Shown here: positions 30,153 to 43,667 of the stretch, piece by piece
Position numbering within the stretch: the stretch's first letter is position 1
Layout of the letters: the number at the start of each line of letters is the position of its first letter
From: Spizellomyces punctatus DAOM BR117
Lineage: Eukaryota
Strand: one strand, 5' to 3'
Length of the DNA stretch: 64,000 nucleotides
Assembly: GCA_000182565.2 (NCBI GenBank)
Contig: KQ257453.1
Translations under genes and position numbers: made by a program
The notes under the pieces: generated by a model
The model's input: only the letters and a program-made list of their open reading frames with translations
What the model was told of the DNA's origin: nothing
The model's database searches: none

Positions 30153-31095
30153 ATGATCCATCGCGCTAGCTTCCATTTCAGCTATCGGTTACCCGTAGCA
30201 CGCTCAGCGCAGGTGCTGCAGGTTTGTCGGTAAGATTCGCTGCTGCGTGCTTGGTTGTTATGTTCAGTCTTTATTTAATTTACTTTTTAGCTACACAAAG
30301 GCGACTCAGGATCGCTTTGTCAGCGTAAATGTTCGGCCTGGTGGTTATGCGTTGGTTTCAATTCGCCGCGAGCCCGTCAACAGCATGAACTTGACCATGT
30401 GGGAGCAGCTCCTGGAGACTCTTACGACCCTCGAAAAGGATCAAGTTCGCGGAGTTATTTTCCATTCTGGGCTCTCTCGGCCGGTCTTTACGGCTGGTAA
30501 CGACTTAAAAGAGCTTTATGCGCCAGCTTCCAGCCAGGAACGGTATCATAAATTCTGGAGTGTATCAAATACGTTTCTTGCGCGTTTGTCAAACTCCCCT
30601 TTGGTAACCATCGCCGCTATCAAGGGTGCCTGTCCCGCTGGTGGAACGTGTTTATCGATTGCGTGCGATTACCGCGTTATCACCGCCGACGGCATTATGG
30701 GCCTCAATGAAGTTGCTCTTGGGATAGCAGTGCCAGCCAAATGGATAAAGCTCATGGCTAACGTTATTGGACAAGCTAAAACAGACAAGTTGACTCAATT
30801 TGCCAAAATGGTCAAGGCACCTGAAGCATTGACCATTGGCCTTGTTGATGAGGTTGTTCAAGATGAAAAGGAACTGTTAATACAGGCTGAAAAGGTCATG
30901 GAAAACTTGTTAAAGCTACCTGATCCGGGGCGGCAGATTACCAAAGACATCTTGAGAGGACCTCTCGCCAGAGAATGGGCCGACGAAAAGTGGCTCAAGG
31001 ATGAGGCTGAAACAGCCTGGAAGATGCTCTCACTTCCATCTACAGTGAAGGCCCTGGATGGGGTCTTTGCAAGGTTGTCCAAATCGAAAGTGTAA
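30153..31095 (+). CDS. ECI1: Mitochondrial delta3,delta2-enoyl-CoA isomerase (crotonase family)
   Basis: Arg/Ser-rich presequence exon, then PVNSMNL, FTAGNDLKEL, AAIKGACPAGG, CDYRV and GLNEVALGIAVP. Confidence 0.85.
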
Positions 31096-31222
31096 ATTAA
31101 ATTGATATGCGTTAGATAGATGAAATGCGCAGTGTTCAGACCCCGGATATCACGCCCGGAACACCGGGCTCGGATCACTATAATACTGTATTTAAGTGGT
31201 TGAGCCGATCTGGACCCCTGTG

Positions 31223-32850
31223 TCATGTTTCATTGTACATGTCCGGGAAGGATGCATCGTCAAATGGTTCAGAGTCCTCGTATAGTTCGTCTTCCCCATC
31301 GATTGAGGATTCGTGAAGCAACGTTAGAGATTGGTGGTTTGGGAAGACTAGAAAATCCTAGCAGACACTTTCGTATTAAGACGCAGTCAAGGTGAAGACC
31401 GCATATGCATAGCATCGAGGGTACCTGAATGACCTTGCGGAGTTGTTCCACAATAAATCGCTCAATCCGACCGACATTCTTCAGCACTGATGTGAATCAA
31501 ACATCTGTAAGCACAGGCCATCACGAGTTATTCCCCAAAAGGCTCACCTTGCTTATGCCGATCACCAACCTCCGAGTCTATCGATACATCATGCAGGATG
31601 CTAAAAAAGAAAGATCAGCGAATCCCGCCTACATGAACGTCTTCAGGACCGTATGCATGAAACATACGCCGAGCCTGTATCGGGTTCCTTGAAGCAAAAA
31701 TTGACCCGATCTCCAAGATAGGCGATGACTGCTGTTGCTGCCAGATAGTCAGTGCAAACTGCATCTCGAATCGCCAAAGTACAAACTTACCGGTGAAATG
31801 GAATCCAGTTAATGTCAATGTCAAGGGCAGGACCATAAATGCGGGAGTTGGTTGGTTGACAATGAGCTCGGTCCTGATAGCGAGCCGCATGTTTCCTTTA
31901 TACACCACTTCGAGATCAACCTGCGCATCCGACTCTCGTCGCATGCTCTCTGCATATTGTAATGCAATCTCATGGTCCGTTGATGGAAGCGGTCGTGGTG
32001 GTTCGTTTGGCGGTGTAAATTCTGATAGGGACGAATAGTCGGAGCGGCTGACCGACGGGGACAGTGGGGAAGAAGAGACAAAAGACGAGAGATTGGAAGG
32101 ATAGCTTGGACGATTGGCGTGTACAGTCTGTTGATTGTGTGGAGAGCCATGTCGAACCGGGTGATATCCAGAGCCAGTTCCACTTCCAAGACCAAGTCCC
32201 AGACCGAGTCCCACGCTACCGCTCCATCCGCTACCATAAGCAAACGCAGGGCCGTGGGCAGTCCCAAATACACGAGTGTGTGATGGAACTGAAGGGGTAG
32301 ATGCTTGGCTACTCATTCTATCTGGCGGTAAATATCGTTCCTGACCGCCAGCGTTCAATCCGTTTGCAGATGAAAAAGCTCGATCGGGGGATATAAAGAC
32401 ATTTTCGTCATATGCTAATCCCGATGGCTGATTTCTTCTTCTAAGTTCCAGGTCCCTCCTCTCTCGTAATGCATAAGAGTATTCGGTGTGATATGCATCC
32501 GACATACTAGTAGCACTGGCCTCCTGCGCGGCCGCATAATCATAGCCGCCTCCATGAATCCCAGGTCCTGTTCTCCCCAATAGAGCCACACCAATATCCT
32601 CCTCACCAAGTGGCGGTGTTAACGGCCTCCAAAGCTCAGGATTGTCGGGAAGGTAAAACTCAGGAGAGGGATCGCTAATGTCTTTGATGGCAATATCCGG
32701 AGGCACATCACCAAAGTCTAGTTCTGTCACTTGAAGCGGCCCAAGGAAAGGTGGCCGTTCTATTTCACGAAAGCGTGCGTTGAGAAACTCTCGAAGACTA
32801 TCAGCTTCAGCGCCGTCGCTGAGAAGATCCCAGTTAATGAGGAACGACAT
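31223..32850 (-). CDS. MDM12: ERMES subunit Mdm12 (SMP domain with long low-complexity insert)
   Basis: MSFLINWDLL...RPPFLGPLQVTELDFGDVPP..I.DISDP.PEFY, YKGNMRL...LIVNQPTPAFMVLPL, VLKNVGRIERFIVEQLRKVI-DFLVFP. Confidence 0.92.
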
Positions 32851-33663
32851 TCCACACACCCAGTGAGTTCCGTGCTATCGACCGGATCCGTACGAAACGC
32901 AACACATCTGTCGGCCCCTTGCGTTACAACCTGACAAGTCTGATCCCCGCCATCGAAAGTCGCAATGAACTCGTCGTTGTCGCCCAACACACTTTATGAT
33001 TGACTCATCGATCATGCTTAGTCAGAATCGCATAAGCCAAGTTCCGAAGGCTACCCTCTCCAGCTATGGGTTTTGGGTTTGCCACGATTGGAGCTCCTGC
33101 TGATGGTAAGTGTAAGTTGCAGAGAAGGAGATACTGATTGATTTAGGTACAATCGAGAGCGCATCAGAGATCATCTCAGGAATTTTGTTTGAAAGTTAGA
33201 GTTTGATCGCGAAGCAGTGGGCCACGAATTCGCTGAATTAACTTGACAATTGGTTTGAAGCAAAACGTACCTGCAGCTACTTCTTTCATTTCGTTGGAAT
33301 GGATATTTGATGTGCATTGTATGAAAAAGGTGAAAGCTTTGTCTCTTACCAAAGTGCCTGTTTCCTCAGCTAGCACACGTTAATGTCACTGAAACTCTAC
33401 GGATTTCACTTTACCTATGGATTGCCATCGGTGAGATTGGATCAACACATTTTGCAGTTGCATTTAGGGTTTAGATGCAAATCAAATGGGTAGATCGTGC
33501 AGGGCCCACCGACATTTGCTCAGAACCAAAAGCACATTTATTTTGTCTATCTACGATACTACATCTATTGGGCAGTTCATACACAAATCAAGTGCTGCAC
33601 CATACTAATTATAAACTATTTACGTAAAGAAAGCTTTGTAATAGTCCGAATTTCTCGGGATTT

Positions 33664-36600
33664 TCAGTCGCATGTTCTCAATCTGGCGCCAAATTTCAGG
33701 CCTATCGGTACGCCAACCTCGCCACAAGGAGCGTCGGTTCTCCGACAAGCAGGCAAGTTTACAAAATCGTCACCCTCGCATCGCGGAGATCCCGCGAATG
33801 TATCAATATGAATCTGATCGCGAGGTATTTGGATGCTGTTCTCATCATCAGCTTTGAACAGTACCAGAAAGTCCGAAATAGTGCCATCGGACTTTGTCCA
33901 GTAGGGCCAAAGGCGCTTACTGGTTTGATCTGAACAAGAACAACAATGAGTGACACGTCCCATGTGTCACAGCATTCTACCACTTACCGTTTGAGCTTCT
34001 CCACCATTTCAGTACACTTCCCAGTCGAGTACCGCTTTGCTGTTGAACAAAGAGTTCCTCCGGTGTTGCCATAACACGCTCCGGAGGAAGAAGTATTTCT
34101 ACTCTGTCGAGCGTAGTGTTGACAGGTTGGAGTCTCTGCGCTCTACAATTGAAAGCATTACGGCACAATGTCTTAGGTCAATCAAGTCATGGACGCGGAT
34201 GACTCACATTGATATTTCGATCTTCTTCAAAGCAGCTTGAAAGTCATCCCAATTCAGGTTTACGTGTAACTCATCCAAATCCCACGAGCCCGCAAGAAGT
34301 GCAGGTATGGGTTTGGTCGTACAGTCAATATCGTGGCCGTCAAGGGGCGTTTGTAGGCTAGCATAATGCAAGCAGAGCTTCCCATACAGCTTTTTGAAAA
34401 GGTCGACAGACGAGAGAGGGAAAAGTGCATCCTTTTCCCTGCTGAAAGCGCGACCGTTAACGGTTGCCGCAATGAAGGATTTCTTTCCGTAGGAAAAGAG
34501 GCACCCGACCATGGTTGACGACCCTGATTTCTGATCAGTGCCATCAGGTGCTACGATACACTTCAGTGCTCGCAATCCCTTGTCGGTACTGCGCCAATAG
34601 ATTTGAATGCTATTTCCAAGGAAGCCAGTGTGCGTATAGGTCTCAGCACCCGCCACACTAGAATTCCGCAGTACACTCAGTACCGTGTCAGGCTGGCTTG
34701 CAAGGCCGTGCAGACCTTGCAGCATGATGATGTCGTATGTAGACAGGGACTCTGGATATGACGAGTCCAGGAATCCCTCTGAACGCCAGCTATCTAAAGT
34801 ATCGATGCTGTATGTGACGAGGCGCAACGGTTGTTCACGAGTATCTAAAAAGGAACGATTCAACGTGGGCCAGCCAATCTACGCTTGTAGTAACAAAATA
34901 ATACCTGCATCCACTTCGTATGCAACTGGCACATGCGCCCCAATCGTTCCTGCGCACGTTTTGTGGCGGGCAGGTAGCCTGTCGTCTGCCAAAGCGTCGC
35001 CGCTCTCTTTACGGTACCATGTGGCGTAGCTCCCAATTTCTGCACACTTAGGGAAATCAGACAGATTTCCTGTCGGTAAAGCCAAGCACATCCTGTCGGG
35101 AGTCACGGCCTCGATCAGGGGTTGGTTGAAAAGCAGCGAATCGGGATATGTGCTGGGATCTGGCAATGACGGGATCCAGAGCATTTGATTCGTGGTAGTT
35201 AGTAACGGAGGCGCTGGAAAATAATTCCTTTGATACAGCGAACAAAGTGAAAATTAACTTTTCGTTACCCGTATACCAAGGCAGTTGCTGTTCCCACCTC
35301 CAAAGTCCAGTTTTATGCAAAGCAACGTCGATGTGCTGGTTTCCAATTTGACCACCCAAAAGACCAGAGACAACAATGGGAAATCCGTAGGTCATACGGA
35401 AATATTCCATGAGGTACAGGAGGTGGGTAGCGTCGTCCTCGTTCATCTTTGGGATATGAACATTTACGACAAAGAACTAGCAGCACGTTGTCAATTTGCA
35501 TCTCTACAAGCGTGAATACAGCAGGATATCAGTAATTATCAGCTTACTTTTCGTTGGCTCTCTTTCACGGTAACAAGCGCCACATTGGGTAGACGCCATC
35601 CGTTAATGACGGCTTCTTTCGCCCACTTTAGGTGTAGCAGCTCATTGCCATGGCACGCGCTAATGTTGACATTGTCAGTTCGATACAAGAACCGCTGAGC
35701 GCTCAGACCTGGTTCGTTGTCACTTGCACAAATAGTGGAGAGAGCAAGATGCTGACGAATTAGAGCGGGAACTTTAGCGATAGTTAAATTCAGGTTCTGT
35801 GCAGATTGCAAGGACACCACAATAGATGTGGACGCGAGATACAATAGGGAATCAAGATGGTAAGGCGCGGTAATAGGACGAGAAGCCAGATCGTACGACA
35901 ACACTAGCAATTGAAAAAACTTTAGCAAATGATCATTACGACGCACAATAAGTGAGTAAATACCATGATATCGGATCGGAACATTCAGTTTCGGTAGAGT
36001 GAAGCCATTAAGCCCCTCCAGCGCTCTCCATTGCTCCTGATGGGGAGGACCTGATGACCATCCGGAATTGAAGACCAAAGGAGGGTCCGAGCAGATGATT
36101 GAGGATTTAAATTGGAACTCTGAATATGCTGGGTCTAGAGGGAATTAATAAGCGCTCAGCTCCGAATTATGGAGTAATCTCGTAACTACCGCACATACCT
36201 CTACCTGCGAAGGTAATATCAAAGTCGTATAGACCATATAGTTCCCGATCCGTGATATTCAGTTTCACTATGAATTGCTTCCCATTATCATGTAAAATGG
36301 CAGAAGCAGGCAAGCCTGTGGGCATCGACCCTGATCTTTGCAACAGAGGTGTCGATAATGTGACCTTTGCTTCAAATGTTTTCGACAGATGTGAACGTAT
36401 CATTGAGGGCATTCGCGCTGGATCAGCATCGACAGTGAATGTTAAAACGCTCCCCTGATCGCATTGTTCAAAGACCACTGCTCGAGTACTGTCTGCCAAT
36501 TTGACATTCCGCCCCACACGCAACAACAAGTTCTCGGTCTTGATTGAGCTGTTATTGACCGTCTCCAGAAAAGGTCCAAGGCCACCGAGTAACGTATCTT

Positions 36601-38010
36601 TGCATGCATCCAGCTTCATTTTATCAAACGCTTTGTACAAGCGAGCATACGAGATGTCATCAAATGCGGAACACACTTGGCACACGTTCGCCACCCTCTT
36701 CAAGAGGTCATCGCTGATATCTGGTAAACGCTCTGCAGTTGGATTAACGCTAGCCAACTTTAGCGCTATGCTCATCAATGAGAATATGTCTGAGATTGCC
36801 GGTCCCTCCGCCGACAGTGATGGGATGTGTATAGGAGACCGTAGTCTCTGAACAGACTTCCAGGCCGTACATGGCAGCTCAAGAAACGCGTCAGCAAACT
36901 TTTCTGGCTGCGACACCTCAGGAGTTGAAGGCAAATTGACGTTAGCGGATAGAAGTTCATGGACCGTAGGCCATGTAGGGTCGGTGAGTGAATCAGGCGT
37001 CTCGGCTACAGTGGTATGTCAGCCGAAAAGAATAACGTCCGTAAATGCGCACCACTAAACGTACTGTTAAGGAGGCTTTTGTACAGCAGATTGAAAGAAG
37101 ATGGGTCCATAGAATCCAGATGTCCTTCGCATCCTAGTCCACCCTCCACCAAACGCATCTTCAGACGATCCTTAAGTGGTAGCTCTGAAAACATCGCATC
37201 ATCGGAAAAGCAGGTTCTGTGGCCGTCCCCAATCAGGAGAGCCGCGTGGCTATCATGCCATATATGCCCAGTATCTATCTCGGTAAAATTCGGCGATGGG
37301 CCAAAAAAGCGGACAGACATTGCTAATGATACTGCGGTGCATGAGGTAAGGGGCGTAGGTGAAAAGACTGCTATGCGGGTTGGCTTATCGTCCTTGTTTC
37401 ACGTCTTCAGCGCTTGCTCATTGTTCAACAAACAGACGTCGAACGATACCTGTCTTTTGCTTCGCCACGACTCAACCAGTCGTAGCGTGCTTTCTTTACA
37501 TACACGATCGCAGCTTTTCAGGCCTTTCCCTTCTTGGTATATGATAAGTCTACTTAGAAGTCTGCCATTTGACTCATCGGTCGTGCAGTCTCCGTCGTCA
37601 CTGTCGGCGGCCAAGAGCAATTTCCGGTTCGCAGAGCGGGTCCCCTTGCATTCAGGGTACTCAAGTCCAATTGAAACAGCTCCACGCGCCAGCTTGACAA
37701 GTTCTGTCGCCACGTCTGAGTCGTCTCCTTCAACCGCCTTGGCTGCTTTCGAAATGTCACTGTGAACAGACTGATATAAGCCACCAGACTCTACAAGTTT
37801 GGCACGAAACTCCTGGAGAGTCTGGTTCCAAGACGGTGCCTGCTGCAACGAATCCGCCCACTTTCGGAACTCGTTCAAGGACGTCCATGAGGTTGCAAAA
37901 TGAGGAATTTCATCGAGATCCACAACCACGACTGACTCGACCGTAAGTAGCTGTAACAGCCATGAAAACCATAATAGTGCCGCAAGCGCGGGGTGCCGCT
38001 GATAGAGCAT
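33664..38010 (-). CDS. Large multi-exon hypothetical secreted protein, possibly with degenerate EEP (DNase I-like) fold domain(s)
   Basis: Chain of same-strand ORFs. One junction is clearly spliced (GTACGT..CTGAC..TAG at ~37006-37063). Signal-peptide-like MLYQRHPALAALLWFSWLLQLLTVES. LRLVTYSI / DIIMLQGL / PALLAGSW motifs. Other junctions are unresolved. Confidence 0.5.
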
Positions 38011-38290
38011 CTGCGACTGTCTTTGGGCACAGCTTAAGCCATAAGAGGTCGTTTTGTTGAAAGCGTTCAGATCTGGCGAGGCCAAGCGAACTATCGGGTA
38101 TCAGCCCAGCAAACACAGCATTTGAACCGCAATTGGATTTCACAACCACATTGTATGGCTGGAATGCAATGGCACAGTCATTCACAACTTGGTGTGTTCT
38201 TGAACTCGTCCCTGTAGATCTGCAGGTGCAAAGATTCCTGACATTGCAGCAGCAGCTCGACTTGTTTTCCAGAGGAGTAAGTCGCCTGAG

Positions 38291-41126
38291 ATGGACTTTG
38301 GTAACAGTCGTCCCACTGGAGAACAAAATGTCAAGGTGTCTTATCAGTATCATCGTACGTTACTTGAGCGTCCGTTTGTGATTTTCAACCCCTATTTTAC
38401 AACATGATCGCTCACACTCAACTTATCGGGATATTTGCAGCTGACATTGGGCACTACCACTATGGGGAAAAGCATTACATGAAGGTGAGCAGCGCATTTG
38501 CTACTTGTCTATTTGGACCCTATTAACGCGAATATAACACCCTCTCTTATGGAAAGCCTGCCCGAGTCAAGATGACACACAGCTTGGTCACCGCTTATGG
38601 GCTGCAAAAGAAAATGGAAGTTTCGGTACGTTGCTGTGGCGCCTGGAAATATGTGAGCCGTGGTGCTAATTTCGCCCACCCGAAGACGCCGACTCCTGCC
38701 ACTTTCAAGGAGATGAGCAAGTTTCACTCTGACGACTATTTAGATTTCCTTCGACGAGGTGGGTGCACTTGTTACGACGCCTCGGTACGAAGGCAGCTTT
38801 GGACGATAACGATCGAAGAATCTAATGAGTTTTGCACGGTTGATATCTAGTTACACCCGAGGATACAGACGAGATCATGAAGTATCAGGCGCGATTTAAT
38901 GTGGGCGATTTCTGTCCAGATTGTCCGGTATTTGAAGGCCTTTACGAGTTTTGCTCCCTGTCTGCTGGCGGTTCCATCGGTGAGAATGGCGGTTATATGT
39001 TAGGGTCTGCCGATCAACAACACTAACGTTTTTGGAAGCCGGAGCAAAGAAATTGAACAACGGACAAGCAGATATAGCTATCAACTGGGGCGGCGGGTTG
39101 CATCACGCAAAACGTGGCGAGGCCTCTGGCTTTTGTTATGTAAACGACATTGTCCTTGCAATTCTCGAACTACTCAAGTATGCATCCGCCTTATTTCTGG
39201 AACGATGTGTCTGTGCTAAATTGCTCATTGTCATCAGGTACCATCAACGGGTTCTCTACATAGATACCGACGTACATCATGGCGACGGTGTGGAGGAGGC
39301 TTTCTACACCAACGATCGGGTGATGACGGTTTCGATTCACAAATTTGGAGAATTCTTCCCTGGTACCGGTGCTTTAAATGTTAGTCAAAGGATTTGGAGC
39401 AGTAGCGTGAGCTTTACCTTAACTGACCGTCACTTGCAGGATGTCGGCATCGGCAAAGGCAGGAATTATTCTGTGAACGTACCGTTGAATGACGGTAAGT
39501 CGAACAATATTGATTCCTTTACCTACCGGCGGACTGACGAAGGTATTTCCAAATCATAGGGATTGATGATCAGTCGTACGAACATCTATTTCGTTCGGTG
39601 AGTGGTTTTTGTTGCCGTGTGGATTGCCCTGTACGCGACTTGACTTGCGCTTCCCGTAGGTGATATCACATGTCATGGAATGGTATAGGCCGGGTGCTGT
39701 GGTACTGCAGCTTGGCGCAGATTCGCTAGTAGGTGACCGATTAGGTGCTTTCAATCTGTCAATGCGAGGTAACGATCCCATTATCTGAATTAAACAAACG
39801 CAGTTATCTGACAATTTTTTCTCACAGGTCATGCACAGTCTGTTGAATTCTTAAAGACTTTCAATGTCCCACTTATTTTGGTGGGAGGTGGAGGCTATAC
39901 GGTTCGAAATGTTGCACGCGCATGGTGCTACGAAACCAGTCTAGCGGTCGGCGTGGAGGTACCCGAAGGTACGCGTGCGAATTGAACCCTGCAATCACCA
40001 GAAATGCACGCTGACCACATTTTTGCGTTTAGATTTACCGTACCACGAATATTACGAGTATTATTGCCCCGAATATCGATTAGACATCCCAGCTAGTAAC
40101 ATGGAGAATTTGAACACACGGGATTATCTCGAAAAGATAAAGTACGTTTAGATGCGAGTTGTCAAATTTAGAGATGGACTAAACCAACTGGGAATTGCCA
40201 GGATTGCAACAATTGAAAACTTGCGACATGTAGCGCATGCTCCGAGCGTGCAAATGCATCGTAAGAAGCCATCATGCGTAGGTTACCAATACGGTTCGAG
40301 GCTGATATGTGTTTCCAGATGTTCCGTACGATGACTGGTCATCAGACGATGATGAGGAAGAAAATAACAAGGACGAGCGGATAACACGTGAGTGGGTTGA
40401 TGAGTCTGGTACTCTACAACGGGTAATTTAATTTCGATTCCCGCAGAGACGATGTCAGATAAGTATCGAATCCCCGACAATGCCTTGTCCGACTCCGAAG
40501 ACGAAGGTGTAGGTGGACGAAGAGATCGACAATCATACCGAAACGCAAAGCATAAGGAGTTACGCGAACGTATTGGTGGATCTCCGCGTGGCTCGCCGGC
40601 CCCTCGACGCACGCTGCGTGATCGGACGGCGAAAAGAGAATCTGAAGAGATGACTTCGATTATACAGTCTCCCAAAGCCACGGATATGTCCGCAAACGAA
40701 CCAAAAGGGACCACGATTATGGATATTGTGGCTAAGGAAGAGCTGGAACAAACCCCACAATTGGCGGAGGATGACGATGCTAATATGGCGGATGCGGAGC
40801 CAGACGCAGATGAAGACGTCATGGATCTTGACGAGGACGCGACCCCACCTGTACGTCGTACATCTCACACCTTGACAGGTGCATCCTTGCACAGCCCAAC
40901 ACCAAGTAGTCCAAACAAATTGCGTGCCGTTCAAGAACCGGTGAAGGAGGTTAGTGAGGGGAAAAGCAGCGACGAAGTGTCACATGTTGCAACAGAAGGG
41001 AACGTGAATGGCAATGGCCAGCAAGCATTTGCCACACAACAAGCATTTGCCAATGGTGCAAGCAGTACAGGTCCCAGATTTATGGAAATGAACCCGACCA
41101 ACAACCGAGAGACAAAGGAAGGGTGA
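38291..41126 (+). CDS. Class I histone deacetylase (Rpd3/Clr6/Hos2 group), many exons
   Basis: [80 protein letters not shown] and GGGGY. Confidence 0.95.
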
Positions 41127-41359
41127 GGGACACGGGGTTGTTTTATCTTACGATGGGCGACGAGCTTCGTGTATATACGGGGGTGATAGTTTTTTGGGGC
41201 TTTCAACTTTGGTTGCTGTCCACATTTGCGTAATGCGTTTGTATTTTTAAGAATGCTATTAATGTTTCAGTTTTAATTCTTCTGGGGTTGTCGAGCAAAT
41301 GAGCTATCCCGACGCGTAAAGCATACGCCGTGACGCCCACGAACTGTATCACATGTCAC

Positions 41360-43020
41360 TTATTCTTCCTTTTCCGTCTCTTGCGGCTCGTGAAGATCCT
41401 CAATGGATCCCACCATACCAGTATCAGCACTATCTTGCGACTCTAATGGCGGCGTGGGCCCCCGTTCAGCAACTTGCTGTGTCTCACTTTCCTCTGACGA
41501 TTGCAGGTTCGATCGTCGCCGCAACTCTTGACCGTACGCTGATTTCGCGAACAGAAGCTCGTCTGGAACAGACGCACGATGCCGCTTAAGCAGACTTGCT
41601 GTGGGTGAATCCATGTCTTGGGATCGTCTGCTGTCCCCGAACCCGAGATGCTCATAGCTCTTTGGTGCGTTGAGATGGTCGCACTTCATGCATCGAAAGC
41701 CTAGAGGACACAGATCCATCAGCCAATTGCAAATAGGTTTGTCAGATGATTACCTCCACTTACGAGCAGTTGCGTATGCGTCCGGCGGAACCAAACCATT
41801 GTGTGTGAAGCATTCTTCACATATCAATGCATATTTACTTGCTGGTCCTTCACTCTCACCGATCATAATGTCAATCACCTTGTCAAACCATCCCTTTGGT
41901 GAAGGAGTGTGTGCACCTAATCCAGATTTTAGCAAACTACCTTTTCGACGTACAACACCGAAGCGTACCGCGTGCAGGAATCATCATATTGATGTCAGGT
42001 GTGGGGGATAGCGGCGAAGGCCTGTCGACGGGGAATGGGGTTACTGTTTTTCAAATATGTTACAACGGGAGAGCAGAACATAGTCAGTATCTATTCATAT
42101 GATCATCAAAGAGACTGTTATATCAACCTGGAGTGTTCATCGATGCGACCATCTGGGGAGTACTCGACGGCTCAAGACGTTGGGACAGAGTGGAAGGTTT
42201 TGTTAAAACTTGCGCGGCATTAGGAGTTTGCATGGGTGTGCCCTATACCGGAAGGTTGGGACACAGATACTGAATCATAAAAACCAATCGACCTCACCGG
42301 TTGCGGCTTGTTTCGCATCCTTTCCTTAGTGGGTGTGTCATAACGCTCAATAAGGCCCTTGGTTTTGTAATAGGCGGTTTTCTTCTTCAGATCTTCGATC
42401 TGGTCGTCATGAGAACTATCAGCGACGATGAACAATGACTTGGACAATGTCCAATGTGCATACCTTTTCCTTCTGCTTTGCTTTCAGATTTTCAAGGTAT
42501 TCCACTGGAAGAGTGAGATTAGTATCAGTGATGATGGCTGTTTGAGGGGGAATGTACACTCACGTTCATGCTTTTCTTTAGTGCTGTACCAATACCGGAT
42601 CAACCGGTGAACTATATATATACTAAAGTGTGACATTAGCTTAGCGAGAATGCAAAAACAGCAATATACTAAGCGCGGATTTCTTTACCATGGGGCACCT
42701 AGTACAACGAAACCCGTCTTCCACAGCCATATATCCCACGGATCTCCTCGCGGTTTGAGATAAGTGAAGTACGCGACTAGAACGAATACATAGACTGGGA
42801 TAGAGTAATACAGCCACGCAAACTTGAGTTTTCTTTCTCGCATATGTAATTCAGATAGCCGTATTTCTGCATGGCGGATCCTCTCGTCCAGCACCGCCAA
42901 GGCCTTCTCCCAATCGCTGTCATCCTGAATGGACATGTTCAGATACATAGAAGGCTATTCTGGGGGCATCATCGTGTCCTATCGCACCTTCCGCTTTAAC
43001 CAGGACAGTAGCCCGACCAT
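41360..43020 (-). CDS. LNP1: Lunapark ER three-way-junction protein
   Basis: N-terminal coiled coil and two TMs, IEDLKKKTAYYKTKGLIERYD, WFDKVID..IGE, YALICEECFTHNGL and FRCMKCDHLN zinc ribbon. Confidence 0.92.
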
Positions 43021-43667
43021 ATCTTCCTTCTTTTTTTCAATCAAAGGTTCATAGACGAAGCCGATATCCTTTCTGATACGGACGAGTTGGTTAAAAGACT
43101 TTCACATATGATCCATCATACGGGCAAATTTGAGAGCAATGGGCAGGATCTTGTTCAAGCCTCGATATATCAAACGCCAGGCGTCACCAAATTAGGTTTC
43201 ATACGTCGTTGATCCCAGATCAGACTCTGCACGGTGAGTGCAACAAGACCTCTATCTAACGCCGGTCAATTTGCTCTTCCCGCTTCAAGGAGCCATTTCC
43301 AATTCGCCAGAGTGCAGAGAAATGACTTCACAGGAGCCATCGGAAGCGTAGGCCAATGCCTTGAGTGCCGTCGGATGAAACCTCTTCACCAGTAATTTCC
43401 ACCCTATTTGACCAAGAATCCTTCCAGCTTCCAACCATCTACCGGCTCTATCACCTACCGGTTTCCCAAGTAAAAGTGGATGAAATCTGGCAAAATGCTG
43501 GCGGGGCGACCGGGACGCTGTCAGTGACGCTATTGAATCAAACCGGCAAAGTGCATTGGCATCATAATACATTTGAAATGCAAACCACATTACAGCAGGT
43601 TTCAAATTACAATGGGGAAGATAAACAAAAACGACAATTGCAACAAATACTACAAGTTTTCCTGCTG

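Noticed and set aside
32860..33660. Short ORFs and a TTTAGGGTTTAG word in the 0.8 kb intergenic region
   Set aside because: No coherent gene model, and the telomere-like word is too short to be meaningful.
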